DNA of 64,000 bases from a virus: the IMG/VR virus record IMGVR_UViG_3300045988_073070. One strand, given 5' to 3'. The position numbers and the translations under genes are program-made. Within the stretch, counting starts at the first letter, position 1. Each line of letters starts with the position of its first letter. Positions 35,276 to 44,967 of the stretch are shown here, piece by piece. The notes under the pieces are model-generated. The model searched no databases. It saw nothing but the letters and a program-made list of their open reading frames with translations, and had not been told where the DNA came from.

Positions 35276-37139
35276 AAGTATAATAATAGATAATCTGTTT
35301 GCGCATAAACATTCGGAGTATCGTTTCAAAAACAATCGTTGTACGGTTATCTTTGGAAAGAACAACACTGACCGTGGAATGCAAAACAATGGAGCTGGTA
35401 AGACTACCTTGCTGGAAGGAATTGCCATAGCTCTTACAAATGAGAGTTTGAGAGACGTCAAGAAAGATTCTTTTATCAATAGAGAGGAAGAAGATTGCGG
35501 TGTTGATTTTACTCTTGTAAATCCAGTGTTAAAAAAGAAGCTCCGAATTGTACGCAAATTTTATCGTGGAAATAAACCCGTGAAAATTGAGTTGTATGAA
35601 AACGATAAACTCAACAAGCAAGTTACGTCAGTAGCCGAAGCAAACAAGCGAGTATTTGAATTGATAGGTATAAGCCGTGAGGATTTGTTGCGTTACTTCA
35701 TAATAAGTCAAGACAATCGTTACACGTTCTTTACAGCTTCTGATGGAGACAAAAAGGAAATAATGAACCGCATCACGTCAGCCGATATGGTGAACCCTGT
35801 CTTGGAAGAACTTTCGATGCGTCTGAAAGAAAAAGAAGCAGAATACAAGATTGTTTCCGATGAGGTAAACGAGTTATCCACGAGGAAGGAGATACTTGAA
35901 GAGCAAGCACGTAATGTATTGGAAAATGATACTACTGCCGAAGAACTTGAAGCACTCCGAGAATCGAAAGCCGAAAAAGAAGCGGAGCTTGAAACCGAGC
36001 GTGAAAATTTGTCCAATCTTGAAAAGAAAGTAAAAAGAAAGCTCAAAGAAGTAAACGAGCTGAAACCGAAAGTCAAAGACAAAAGTAAATTGGTTGAGAT
36101 AAGGAAGAAGTTGAAGAAGGAATTTGATGAAACTGATTCGGACTTGACCGAAGCACGTTCAACCGTTCGACAACTGAAAGCCGAATTGGAAGAAGTCATT
36201 ACCTGTCCAAAATGTAGTCATGAGTTTATCAAAGAATCTGAAATGGAATTATCCGTCAAAGAAATTAGAGAGCTTTTGACACAAGCCACACTCGTTCAAT
36301 CAGAATTGGAAGAAACCTATTCCACCCAGCAATCGAAGCTCAAGGAGTTGAAGAAAAAGATTGATGAAGCGGATGAGATTCAAGAATCACTTGAAGAAGC
36401 CGAAAGCGAACATAAACGGCTGACCAAGCGTGTATCTAACAAGAAAGCTGACATTGAGGATATTGAAACCAAAATAGAGAGTATTTCAAAAGAGATTACA
36501 ACGCTCAAGAATCGAAAGAAAGACAACAAAATATTAAAGAATATACAAAACCAAATAAAAGAATCTCAAAAAGAGATTGATGAGAAGTTGCCGAAAGTTA
36601 CGGAGCTAACCAGCGATATTGAATTGATTAGATATTGGCAGTTCCACATGGGACGTTCGGGATTCACGACCTACCTTGCGAATAAATCTATCAAGGTCAT
36701 AGAAGGTATTACCAACTCATTCCTGCGTAAATTTGACGTTGATTTATCGGTTATCATAAACGGATTCACGGTGCTTAAATCGGGAGAAGTACGGGAGAAG
36801 ATTGACGTGTTCGTTCAGTCTGATGGTACGGATGCCGAGACTTTCAAGGCGAAATCAGGCGGTGAGAAAGGACGTGTAAACTTGGCAGGAGTTCTTGGAA
36901 TACAACATCTCATAAATCTATCTACAAATGGTAAGGGGTTAAACCTTCTTTGTTTTGACGAGTGCTTTCATGGTATAGATTCCGAAGGTCAGGAAAATAT
37001 TATCAAAATCATGGAAAAAATGGGTATTACGATTTTGATGATAACCCAAAACGTATCGGAAAACTTCAACAACGAGAATAAGTTGTTTGTGGTTAAAGAC
37101 CGTAAAATAGCACGTTACGTTGAAAATTTACAAAGTTAA
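35262..37139 (+). CDS. Rad50/SbcC-type ATPase (T4 gp46-like)
   Basis: Walker A 'NNGAGKTTLLE', a long coiled coil with zinc hook 'CPKCSHEF', signature 'SGGEKGRVNLA' and Walker B 'LLCFDECFHGID'. Confidence 0.9.
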   Translation: MWNPESIIIDNLFAHKHSEYRFKNNRCTVIFGKNNTDRGMQNNGAGKTTLLEGIAIALTNESLRDVKKDSFINREEEDCGVDFTLVNPVLKKKLRIVRKFYRGNKPVKIELYENDKLNKQVTSVAEANKRVFELIGISREDLLRYFIISQDNRYTFFTASDGDKKEIMNRITSADMVNPVLEELSMRLKEKEAEYKIVSDEVNELSTRKEILEEQARNVLENDTTAEELEALRESKAEKEAELETERENLSNLEKKVKRKLKEVNELKPKVKDKSKLVEIRKKLKKEFDETDSDLTEARSTVRQLKAELEEVITCPKCSHEFIKESEMELSVKEIRELLTQATLVQSELEETYSTQQSKLKELKKKIDEADEIQESLEEAESEHKRLTKRVSNKKADIEDIETKIESISKEITTLKNRKKDNKILKNIQNQIKESQKEIDEKLPKVTELTSDIELIRYWQFHMGRSGFTTYLANKSIKVIEGITNSFLRKFDVDLSVIINGFTVLKSGEVREKIDVFVQSDGTDAETFKAKSGGEKGRVNLAGVLGIQHLINLSTNGKGLNLLCFDECFHGIDSEGQENIIKIMEKMGITILMITQNVSENFNNENKLFVVKDRKIARYVENLQS

Positions 37140-37173
37140 TACCTAAATGTAGAACATGAAACTTTTATTATAA

Positions 37174-37686
37174 ATGGATAATAAAGATTGGATTAAATAT
37201 CTGAAAGATAAGAAGATAATTGCTATTGACCCTGGCAAACACGGGGGCATAGTTGTTTACTCTATTGACCGAGACGAATTGATTGAAGTCATTCAGATGC
37301 CAGAGACACCGCAAGACATTCTCAACTTCCTATCGAAGTATCAGAAGAACAGCGTGTGTTATATGGAAAAGGTTGGCGGACTACCAGGCATGGGTGGTTC
37401 TGCTATGTTTAATTTCGGTGAAGGCGTAGGATGCTTGAAAATGGCTCTTTTAGCTTTGAAGGTGAAAACGATAACAGTTACACCTCAACAGTGGCAGAAA
37501 CAGCTACAATTAGGCTCAAAGGGCAAGAAAAGTACGAATGAGTGGAAGACTAAATTAAAAGAGCGAGCACAGCAGTTGTATCCGACCGTAGGAGCTAAAT
37601 TCAACTTGAAAACAAAACAAGATTGGCTCAACGTGTCGGATGCTTTGTTAATAACCGAATATGCAAGATTAACAGAAAAAGTTTAG
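37174..37686 (+). CDS. RuvC-like Holliday junction resolvase
   Basis: 'IIAIDPGKHGGIVVY', 'YMEKVGG' and 'SDALLITEYA' supply the acidic catalytic positions. Confidence 0.65.
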   Translation: MDNKDWIKYLKDKKIIAIDPGKHGGIVVYSIDRDELIEVIQMPETPQDILNFLSKYQKNSVCYMEKVGGLPGMGGSAMFNFGEGVGCLKMALLALKVKTITVTPQQWQKQLQLGSKGKKSTNEWKTKLKERAQQLYPTVGAKFNLKTKQDWLNVSDALLITEYARLTEKV

Positions 37687-37690
37687 AGAT

Positions 37691-38035
37691 ATGACCAAAT
37701 TTATTTGTAGAAACGAAGCCTGTAAGAAGTTCGGAGTTGAGGATGAATATACATCTTTGACTTACAAAGTAGTTAATGGACATCTTCAAGCAACTGTAGC
37801 ACCGTGTCCTTGTTGTGGAGAGATAAGAGAGGAAATCAATCCAAACAAAGATATTCCGTTATCGGAGAAAAATATAAGCATTGGTAAGTACGCTTCAGCA
37901 AGCAAGGAACAAAAGACCGAGATGTTGAAGAAGCGTTCTCATGACCATTACGAAAAGACGGTTAAACCGTTCAAGGAACATCAGTTGAACGAAGCAATGA
38001 ATCAAATGAAGGAGTACAAAAAGACAAAGCAATAA
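37691..38035 (+). CDS. zinc-ribbon protein
   Basis: 'CRNEAC...CPCCGE'. Confidence 0.4.
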   Translation: MTKFICRNEACKKFGVEDEYTSLTYKVVNGHLQATVAPCPCCGEIREEINPNKDIPLSEKNISIGKYASASKEQKTEMLKKRSHDHYEKTVKPFKEHQLNEAMNQMKEYKKTKQ

Positions 38036-38040
38036 ATGGT

Positions 38041-38664
38041 ATGGGCTTGGAGCATGAGATTTTTAAGATTGATTATCATTACCGACCAAAACAGGTTAAT
38101 AAATTCTTGGTAATGATTAAATTTGGCAATACGGAAAAACGAAGATTGGCGTTCAAAAATTTAGTTTTCCGTATGATGAAGGATATAGTGGTAAAAAACA
38201 TATCCAATTATTTGAATTTGTTGAATAATACTCCGATGAAGGATAACTTGCCCGATAGGGATGAACTTGTTTCGGAGTGCTTCTTGATATTTAACAAATG
38301 TATTGAAAAATACAAAGTGCTCCCAAGTCACAACTTCTATTTCTATTTCAACAAATCATTGAGTAGAAATTTCTTCAGAGATTATCAGAGAGCCTTGGTC
38401 AATGACAAAATAGAATTGACCGAAGCAATCTACACCTGCCACCCTGACCTACGGGAAAGTGAACGACCGAACACCGTTGCTATTCTAATGGATAATATGA
38501 ATTTCAGCGACCTTGAACGAAGGATAAGCGAGAGCCGAATGTTGGGTCAGAAAACATCAGAGTTCTTGGAAGCCAATCCCGATGTAACAAGCGGACAATA
38601 TTCCAAAGCTCTAAAACATATCAAAGAAATGTTAAACGAATTAAAAGACAAAGGTGAGTTATGA
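38041..38664 (+). CDS. sigma-70-family-like protein (divergent regions 2 and 4)
   Basis: 'DRDELVSECFLIFNKCIEKY ... FYFYFNKSLSRNFFRDYQR' is region-2-like. The C-terminal 'LERRISESRMLGQKTSEFL' is HTH-like. Confidence 0.4.
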   Translation: MGLEHEIFKIDYHYRPKQVNKFLVMIKFGNTEKRRLAFKNLVFRMMKDIVVKNISNYLNLLNNTPMKDNLPDRDELVSECFLIFNKCIEKYKVLPSHNFYFYFNKSLSRNFFRDYQRALVNDKIELTEAIYTCHPDLRESERPNTVAILMDNMNFSDLERRISESRMLGQKTSEFLEANPDVTSGQYSKALKHIKEMLNELKDKGEL

Positions 38665-39017
38665 ATACACAAATTGATTTTTCGCTTTTTCAAAAAGCAA
38701 TTGAATCGTTAATATTGGAAGGTTGTACGATTCTCCAAGTTATACTTCCTGATAATTCTTGTGCTTTCTTTTCGGTTTGGAGCTTTACAGAATCATTCTT
38801 CAACAGTGCTCAATCGGTTGATTTCAATACCGTAGAAGGAATAAACATCACAGAGTTCTTAAATAAGCAGGCATCGCAATATATGAATCGTAGTTCGTTT
38901 ATTGCGGCTTATAATAAAGTTGTTGACGATTCGCCAGTTGTTCAATGTCAATTTCATAAGAACGCAGTTTGGTTCAAATGGCAGCAGGTTGGCGATGAAA
39001 AGAAACGGAGATTGTAA
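38661..39017 (+). CDS. hypothetical protein
   Basis: 118-aa ORF with an ATGA overlap. Confidence 0.4.
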   Translation: MNTQIDFSLFQKAIESLILEGCTILQVILPDNSCAFFSVWSFTESFFNSAQSVDFNTVEGINITEFLNKQASQYMNRSSFIAAYNKVVDDSPVVQCQFHKNAVWFKWQQVGDEKKRRL

Positions 39018-40508
39018 ATGAAACCGAGTAAATATCAAGAAGCGATTTACAAAACATTCAAATTAACCAAGCGAGACATTAACATCTCAGCCGTTGCGGG
39101 TTCAGGGAAAACAACCGTATTATTGGAGCTATTGAAGTATGTTCCTGACGGGGCAAGTTCTCTGTTCCTTGCTTTTAACAATTCAATCATTGACGAGTTA
39201 AAAGACCGTAACACCCGAAGGGATGCCGAGATAATGACGATACATTCTTGCGGTTGGCGTTCTATTCTTTGTAGATATGGAAGCCGAGCAAAATTGAATC
39301 CGAATAAGGGAATTGCTAAAACGGAACAAGTTTTGAAGAAATTCAAAGACGAGATTGGAGATAAGCAACGTGGGTGGTTTTTCTTTATCATTCCGAAGCT
39401 CCTTGACTTGTTGCGTTGTAACCTTTTGGAAAACGAGAAGGAATCATTTGAATGGATTGCCGAGCATTATGACTTCAATATATCGGAAATTGAAATCAAA
39501 ATAGCTATCGAAGTATTCAAGCTCATGCAGAAGGACAAAGGTCAATTTGACTTTATGGATATGATTTATCAACCCGTTGTTGATGCGTCAATCCGATTCC
39601 GAAAGTTTGATTTTGTACTTTGCGATGAAAGCCAAGACTTTTCAGTTTGCCAACACGAGTTTATAAAGCGTTGTTTGAATCGAAAAGGCAGACTTATAAC
39701 GGTTGGAGATAGGAGACAAGCAATATATGGTTTTGCGGGAGCTGATGCGGAATCGTATGATAAGTTAGCAGAGATAAACGGAAAGGCAATCAAGTTACCA
39801 CTTTCAGTATCGTACCGTTGCGCCAAATCAATAGTCCGAGAAGCCCAAAAGATAGTTCCTGAAATCTCTTATGCTCCGCACGCTATCGAAGGAGAAGTGA
39901 GAGATGGAAGCCTTTTGGAATTGGACTATGGAGATTGGATTCTTTGTCGTAATTTGAAGCCGTTGGTTCAAACCTACCTTTGGTTGATGAAGAATAAAAT
40001 CAAGTCAAAGATTCGAGGCAAGGAAATCGGAGAAGGGATATTGGCGTTGATTAGCAAAACAGGCGGTAAAACGATTGACGGATTGTTAAGAAATCTTGAT
40101 TTGGAAAAGGAGAAACTTCACAACAAGCTAAAACAAAGAGGGGTAAAACGACCGAGCTTGCACCCGAAGATGGAAGTGTTGATGCAAAAGATAGAAGTTA
40201 TCGAATGTCTGTGTGAAGAAGTAGATACTGTTAAGGACTTGAGAAATTTGATTAGCAATATTTTCTCTGACGAGGTTAAAGGAATACTGTTAAGCACTAT
40301 ACATAAGGCGAAAGGATTGGAAAATGATAAAATATTCTTTCTTTCGCCAGAGTTAATTCCAAGTAAGTACGCAACCCAGCCGTGGCAGTATGAACAAGAA
40401 CAAAATCTCAAGTATGTAGCAATAACAAGAGCCAAAAGTTCATTAGTGTACGTATGGGGAAACGTGTTTACAAAAGATATACAACAACGAATTAAATTAT
40501 CAAGATAA
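39018..40508 (+). CDS. UvrD/PcrA-type SF1 DNA helicase
   Basis: 'AVAGSGKTTVL', 'VLCDESQDFS', 'TVGDRRQAIYGFAGA', 'SYRC', 'STIHKAKGLE' and 'YVAITRAKSSL'. Confidence 0.9.
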   Translation: MKPSKYQEAIYKTFKLTKRDINISAVAGSGKTTVLLELLKYVPDGASSLFLAFNNSIIDELKDRNTRRDAEIMTIHSCGWRSILCRYGSRAKLNPNKGIAKTEQVLKKFKDEIGDKQRGWFFFIIPKLLDLLRCNLLENEKESFEWIAEHYDFNISEIEIKIAIEVFKLMQKDKGQFDFMDMIYQPVVDASIRFRKFDFVLCDESQDFSVCQHEFIKRCLNRKGRLITVGDRRQAIYGFAGADAESYDKLAEINGKAIKLPLSVSYRCAKSIVREAQKIVPEISYAPHAIEGEVRDGSLLELDYGDWILCRNLKPLVQTYLWLMKNKIKSKIRGKEIGEGILALISKTGGKTIDGLLRNLDLEKEKLHNKLKQRGVKRPSLHPKMEVLMQKIEVIECLCEEVDTVKDLRNLISNIFSDEVKGILLSTIHKAKGLENDKIFFLSPELIPSKYATQPWQYEQEQNLKYVAITRAKSSLVYVWGNVFTKDIQQRIKLSR

Positions 40509-40651
40509 TGGAAGACATAAAGAAGAAAGTTCAAGACGATGAATTGAACATAGAGAAGGGGCAAGACCTTCACAATCAACCGAGAAAGTTCATACCAGTT
40601 CCCAAAGTTAAATCTGAAAAGGATAAAGACAAGAAAGAACAAAAGAAATGA
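40508..40651 (+). CDS. small lysine-rich ORF (47 aa) not in the supplied track
   Basis: TAATG overlap with the UvrD stop. 'MEDIKKKVQDDELNIEKGQDLHNQPRKFIPVPKVKSEKDKDKKEQKK'. Exactly fills the gap to the next ATG (40655). Confidence 0.35.
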   Translation: MEDIKKKVQDDELNIEKGQDLHNQPRKFIPVPKVKSEKDKDKKEQKK

Positions 40652-40654
40652 TTT

Positions 40655-41029
40655 ATGGATAAACAACGGTTTTTCTTATTCCGAAGAAAGCGAGAGGACT
40701 ATGATGGATATTATTACATTCAGCATATGACGTCTCCGAGCCATGACGGTGGGTTATCCAATTCATGCTGGCCAGAATTTGCTTGGCGTGGGCAAACTGC
40801 TTTGGAAGTAGAAAAGATGAAGTATATGATTAGCATCTCAAATTATAAAGATAAGGTTTGGGAGCTGGTTGAATACGAAATGGATAGTGACACGCCATCT
40901 TGGGCAATACAACCCGAAAAGATTGATTATGTAAACCACTTCAACGGTTTGCGTGAATTAACTCCGAAGGAGAAGGAAGATTTGGAAGTTTTCAAAATTA
41001 AAGCATTGGAGCGATATGGAAAAAGATAG
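40655..41029 (+). CDS. hypothetical protein
   Basis: 124-aa ORF. Confidence 0.4.
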   Translation: MDKQRFFLFRRKREDYDGYYYIQHMTSPSHDGGLSNSCWPEFAWRGQTALEVEKMKYMISISNYKDKVWELVEYEMDSDTPSWAIQPEKIDYVNHFNGLRELTPKEKEDLEVFKIKALERYGKR

Positions 41030-41429
41030 ACTATATTTTTACAAGACAAACACCTACAAGATTATTGGTGAATGTCATATGAAGGATTCTGAAAAGAATT
41101 GGATTGAAGCGGTACGATATGTTGATATCAATTCCGATTACAAAGGAGAGTTCGTCAGAGCGAAAGAACAATTTGAGAATCGGTTTATTCCAGCTGTTCT
41201 TCGGGTTGGTGATAAAGTTATGATTATATCCCACGGCAAGTTCGTAGGAGTTACCGAAGTGGTTGATGAAATGGAAGAGTTCGTATCATTGAAACAATCT
41301 ATCGGGGATGCTCCGAAAACCTTAACAAAAGAGGTGAACAAACAAGGTTACATCATGATGCATCATCATTGGGAATTTTACATATACAACGAAACAACTT
41401 GCAATGCGAGACAGATAGAGTTCAAATGA
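41016..41429 (+). CDS. hypothetical protein
   Basis: 137-aa ORF. Confidence 0.4.
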   Translation: MEKDRLYFYKTNTYKIIGECHMKDSEKNWIEAVRYVDINSDYKGEFVRAKEQFENRFIPAVLRVGDKVMIISHGKFVGVTEVVDEMEEFVSLKQSIGDAPKTLTKEVNKQGYIMMHHHWEFYIYNETTCNARQIEFK

Positions 41430-41474
41430 TACGTTTTTTTATTGGGGGGCATTTGATTGTCCATTGTTCAAGAT

Positions 41475-41508
41475 GGAGTGGCTTGTAAAAGTCGCTCCTT
41501 TTTATTTT
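41475..41508 (+). terminator. rho-independent terminator (loop TTGTAAAA family)
   Basis: GGAGTGGC / ttgtaaaa / GTCGCTCC followed by TTTTTATTTT. Confidence 0.75.
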
Positions 41509-41546
41509 CCAAGGTTATTAACAATATCAATGTAAATTATAAGAAC

Positions 41547-41954
41547 ATGAAACGTAGAACGAATACACCTGAACGCTTATTGGCGTTGCGAAAAAATGAA
41601 ATCTTTGTCTTTGGCTCTAATATGGGCGGCAGACACTTCGGTGGAGCAGCTAATTTAGCATATAAGTCATTTGGAGCTGAATGGGGCGTTGGAGAAGGCT
41701 TAACAGGACGGAGCTATGCAATTCCCACTCTGACGAGAGAAGGGCAGAAAATGATGCTGGAAGCTATCGGAACGAGCATTGTACGAATGTATATGGAAGC
41801 GAAGGCAAACCCTGAACTTGATTTTGTCGTTACCAAGATAGGTTGCGGCATAGCAGGATTTGAGGAAGATGAAATCATTCCCCTATTCCGAGAAGCAGAG
41901 AGAGTTGTTGGTAAATTGGAAAACGTAATACTACCAAAGGGATGGGAAAGTTGA
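41547..41954 (+). CDS. Rossmann-like protein resembling the LOG/DprA (SLOG) superfamily
   Basis: 'IFVFGSNMGGRHFGGAANLAYKSFGAEWGVGEGLTGRSYAIPT' and 'KIGCGIAG'. ATG at 41547 lies after the terminator. Confidence 0.35.
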   Translation: MKRRTNTPERLLALRKNEIFVFGSNMGGRHFGGAANLAYKSFGAEWGVGEGLTGRSYAIPTLTREGQKMMLEAIGTSIVRMYMEAKANPELDFVVTKIGCGIAGFEEDEIIPLFREAERVVGKLENVILPKGWES

Positions 41955-43435
41955 AAGGCAAAAAGATTCCGAGAAAGCTCAAGAAGGAGTTTTGGAAGAT
42001 AGAAAGTTGGCAAGTTCAAGCTCCTATGCACCGAAGCGGATTCCATACTGACCCGCACGGCAGAGGTGATTCACGTTGGGACTTTTGTTCTTTTATAACA
42101 AGAGAGACTTTGAAACTAAAAGACGGTGTTAAGGTGAACAAATGGACACGAAGGCTTATCAGACGTTTGTATAATGAGAAGCTCAAAGGACACCGATACT
42201 TTGCGGAGAAGATTATGAAGAATGATTGGAGTCATCCAAATTTCCCTGACGAATATTACCAAAAGATGGTACGTTCAAAAACTTCTGAAGAGTTCCGAAG
42301 GGAATATTTGAATGAGCCTATCCCAGATAACAATGCTGTTTTCAAAGGACTTCCTGAACTTGGTAAGTATTCCAAAGTAAGACAATTGGACAACGGACTC
42401 AAACCAGGGTTCATTATAATTGATGATATGGACGATTCTATGCCTAATTTCCGTACCAAGCAAGAAGAAATGGAATGGATAGAGCGTATGAAGTTATGGC
42501 ATAGCGCAATGATTCAACCTGACGTTAACGGAGAATGTTTTGCTCCAAAAGCCGTATTGAAAATCAAAGAAGGAGCTATCAGCCCAGAGAAGTTGGAAGA
42601 GTTCAAACAGGAATGGAACAAACAAATGCAATCGGGTATGCCTTTGACTCTTGGAGATGAAGCGACCGTTGAATTCATTCCGAGTAAAAGACCGCACCGA
42701 CTTCATAATCATCCAAGAAAAGAAATGGAACTTTGCGCTGAAGATGAAGTTATTGTTGATATAGAGTTTATAAGGGAGTTTTGTTGGTATAGACCTTTGA
42801 TTGACGGAGCTACTGGAAGATATGACGACAAACACGTAATAGTACGCAAGAATGAATACCGAGCAAAGGTTGAAGGCTCAAGAGAGAGAGAGACCAGAAT
42901 ATTGACAACATACCGTAAAAAGAAGCGTTATGTTGAAGAGGTATTCTCAATGCTTTCCGAGTCATATCAGAACGTTGAAGGTGGACTTCTTTACCGAAGT
43001 GGTGAAGAGTTGCTTAGCAAGCAGAATAATGTTTGGAAATTGCTCTTTAATTCCGATAGTGAACGACCGCAGGTGATAATAATATGGAAAGATACGGAAT
43101 TTGGTAGAAAGATGACCGCTTGCGGATGTACCCAAACCAAAGTATCAAAACAGATGTTACTTGAAGAACTTCACCGAGATTTGGAGCGAGGGAATATATG
43201 GGCAGAGGTATCGGATAAGATTGAGCATTGGTTAAATCGTTGCGATGTTCCAAGACTACCTTTCAGAGTTGCCCAAGAGTTATTAAAAGACAAGCATCTC
43301 ATACCCTTGGGGGATGGTTATCATTATACGAGAAAAATCCAAGGATTCAGAAAACAAAAGATAATATTTGGGAAAATTAATGAAAAAGCGTATCAACAAA
43401 GGAAATCCGATTCACGGGTTGGAAAAGATTCCTGA
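41942..43435 (+). CDS. large hypothetical protein
   Basis: 497-aa ORF; no family recognised. Confidence 0.4.
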   Translation: MGKLKGKKIPRKLKKEFWKIESWQVQAPMHRSGFHTDPHGRGDSRWDFCSFITRETLKLKDGVKVNKWTRRLIRRLYNEKLKGHRYFAEKIMKNDWSHPNFPDEYYQKMVRSKTSEEFRREYLNEPIPDNNAVFKGLPELGKYSKVRQLDNGLKPGFIIIDDMDDSMPNFRTKQEEMEWIERMKLWHSAMIQPDVNGECFAPKAVLKIKEGAISPEKLEEFKQEWNKQMQSGMPLTLGDEATVEFIPSKRPHRLHNHPRKEMELCAEDEVIVDIEFIREFCWYRPLIDGATGRYDDKHVIVRKNEYRAKVEGSRERETRILTTYRKKKRYVEEVFSMLSESYQNVEGGLLYRSGEELLSKQNNVWKLLFNSDSERPQVIIIWKDTEFGRKMTACGCTQTKVSKQMLLEELHRDLERGNIWAEVSDKIEHWLNRCDVPRLPFRVAQELLKDKHLIPLGDGYHYTRKIQGFRKQKIIFGKINEKAYQQRKSDSRVGKDS

Positions 43436-44018
43436 TTCAGAATTGTTAAAAATATCACAACAAGAAGTAGGGCAGTGGAAATCATACGCCCAAGAACTTG
43501 AAGACAAAGTAACGGAGCTTGAACTAAAGTTAGCGGAGAAAGAAGAAGCCTACAAGCTGACCGAAGAAGATAAACGAGCCGTAACAATGAAGCTCCGAGA
43601 AGATGAGATTTGGAACAATACCAAAGCGCAAGTGAAATCCTTACAAGAGCGTATAAAGAAAGTTGAAAAGACAAACAAAGAATACATAGCAAGGATATGC
43701 CAATTGTCCCAAGAAAAGAAAATTGATAGAAGCAAAGAATATCTACTTTGCGCAGCTATCCGAAGAAAAGAGGAAAGGGATTGCCCGAAAGTATATTGGG
43801 AACAATTCCGAGATATATACAAAATAGAGCTTGGTTGGCGTCATCCAGACATTCTTCATAGATTTATTGGAGAAGTAACAAAAGACCCAGATGACCAAGG
43901 ATTCTACACTTCCAAAGGAAGGTTTGTGACGAGAGAAGAAGGACTGATAATAGCAAGAGCCGCAGGACAGGTTGGAGATATTATCGGTGGAGTTCTAACA
44001 AGTGAAGATTTATATTGA
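43380..44018 (+). CDS. hypothetical protein (N-terminal coiled coil, conserved-looking C-terminal domain)
   Basis: ATG at 43380. C-terminal 'GWRHPDI...QGFYTSKGRFVTREEGLIIARAAGQV'. Confidence 0.4.
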   Translation: MKKRINKGNPIHGLEKIPDSELLKISQQEVGQWKSYAQELEDKVTELELKLAEKEEAYKLTEEDKRAVTMKLREDEIWNNTKAQVKSLQERIKKVEKTNKEYIARICQLSQEKKIDRSKEYLLCAAIRRKEERDCPKVYWEQFRDIYKIELGWRHPDILHRFIGEVTKDPDDQGFYTSKGRFVTREEGLIIARAAGQVGDIIGGVLTSEDLY

Positions 44019-44020
44019 TT

Positions 44021-44506
44021 ATGGACGGGAAAGCAAAAGACGAATTTTTCAAACGAGGTTATGGTTTGGAAATGGAAGACAAGCAAAAAGGAACGAGAAT
44101 GAGGGCATACTTCCCAGAAGAACTACGAGCGTTTGAGCAAGATTACAATAACAATCGTATCGTGATAGGTTGTTCGGTTTGCGGACGGGATTTTGTAATC
44201 AAAAAGAACGCAAAAGGAAAACGACCGAAGTTTTGTCCAGATTGCAGAGAGAAGCGCAAGAAGTTGGCATCCAAGAAATACTTTGACTCAATTAAGGTAT
44301 CGGGCAAATACACCGAAGATAAAGCCGAGTTATTGAAGATGTTCTATGTAATGCGTAGCTACGACAAAAAGATACAAAAGATTTTGAAGGAAGCAGTTCA
44401 CATAGAGAACAGACCGATATTGAAAGCGGTTGCCCGTATATTACAAATATTCTTGAATCGTTTCCAAAAGTATTTGGGAGAGGAACAAATAAATTTGATA
44501 AAATGA
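44021..44506 (+). CDS. zinc-ribbon protein
   Basis: 'CSVCGRDF...CPDCREKRKK'. ATG at 44021. Confidence 0.4.
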   Translation: MDGKAKDEFFKRGYGLEMEDKQKGTRMRAYFPEELRAFEQDYNNNRIVIGCSVCGRDFVIKKNAKGKRPKFCPDCREKRKKLASKKYFDSIKVSGKYTEDKAELLKMFYVMRSYDKKIQKILKEAVHIENRPILKAVARILQIFLNRFQKYLGEEQINLIK

Positions 44507-44664
44507 AAAAGGAAGATGAAGAATTATTAGCAAAATCGGGGTGGGTAGTGGAATGCGAGTCACCTCTTGAAATAAGACACGAGGATGGAAGTTTCGCTAC
44601 AATGCAAGCAGCCGAAATGGTTTTGTCAGTATTACAAGAAGAAGATTCAATTGTTTGGAAATAG
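44503..44664 (+). CDS. small ORF (53 aa) not in the supplied track
   Basis: ATGA overlap with the upstream stop. 'MKKEDEELLAKSGWVVECESPLEIRHEDGSFATMQAAEMVLSVLQEEDSIVWK'. Stop lies 2 nt before the next ATG (44667). Confidence 0.45.
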   Translation: MKKEDEELLAKSGWVVECESPLEIRHEDGSFATMQAAEMVLSVLQEEDSIVWK

Positions 44665-44666
44665 TT

Positions 44667-44921
44667 ATGACCGAAAAAGCATTAAAGAAACTCATCAAAG
44701 GTTACGACCAAGAAGCGGTGCTCAAGAAGGATTCCCTGACCGAGTTCCGCATCTTTCTTTATTCAAAAAAGAAACGCTATCCGATTACAAACGCAATAGA
44801 CAAAAAGGAAGATTGGAAGATAACAAGAATATCCGAGTATGACCCAATAGACGAAACCAAACCCAAGATTGTCATTTCCCTACAGCGTTTGTATTTGAAG
44901 AAAGAACGCAGGAAAGTATAA
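44667..44921 (+). CDS. hypothetical protein
   Basis: ATG at 44667 ('MTEKALKKLIKGYDQ'). Confidence 0.4.
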   Translation: MTEKALKKLIKGYDQEAVLKKDSLTEFRIFLYSKKKRYPITNAIDKKEDWKITRISEYDPIDETKPKIVISLQRLYLKKERRKV

Positions 44922-44967
44922 AGAAATGCAATTAAATACAATACAAGTACAAGTATTAAGAAGGAGT

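Noticed and set aside
40118-40666. 182-aa minus-strand ORF. Other long antisense ORFs lie at 12244-12735, 20480-21001, 25677-26168, 30562-31098, 46748-47284, 47467-47964, 49640-50104, 51589-52047 and 55643-56140.
   Set aside because: All of them lie antisense to well-supported + strand genes with recognisable motifs (UvrD, DnaB, ThyA-like and others). They are hydrophobic or low-complexity translations with no promoter or terminator context.
41942-43435. 'SEEFRREYLNE' and 'GFIIIDDMDD' suggested a second terminase-like ATPase.
   Set aside because: There is no Walker A motif or nuclease-domain motif, and a convincing terminase large subunit exists at 63137. The resemblance is limited to short, low-information strings.
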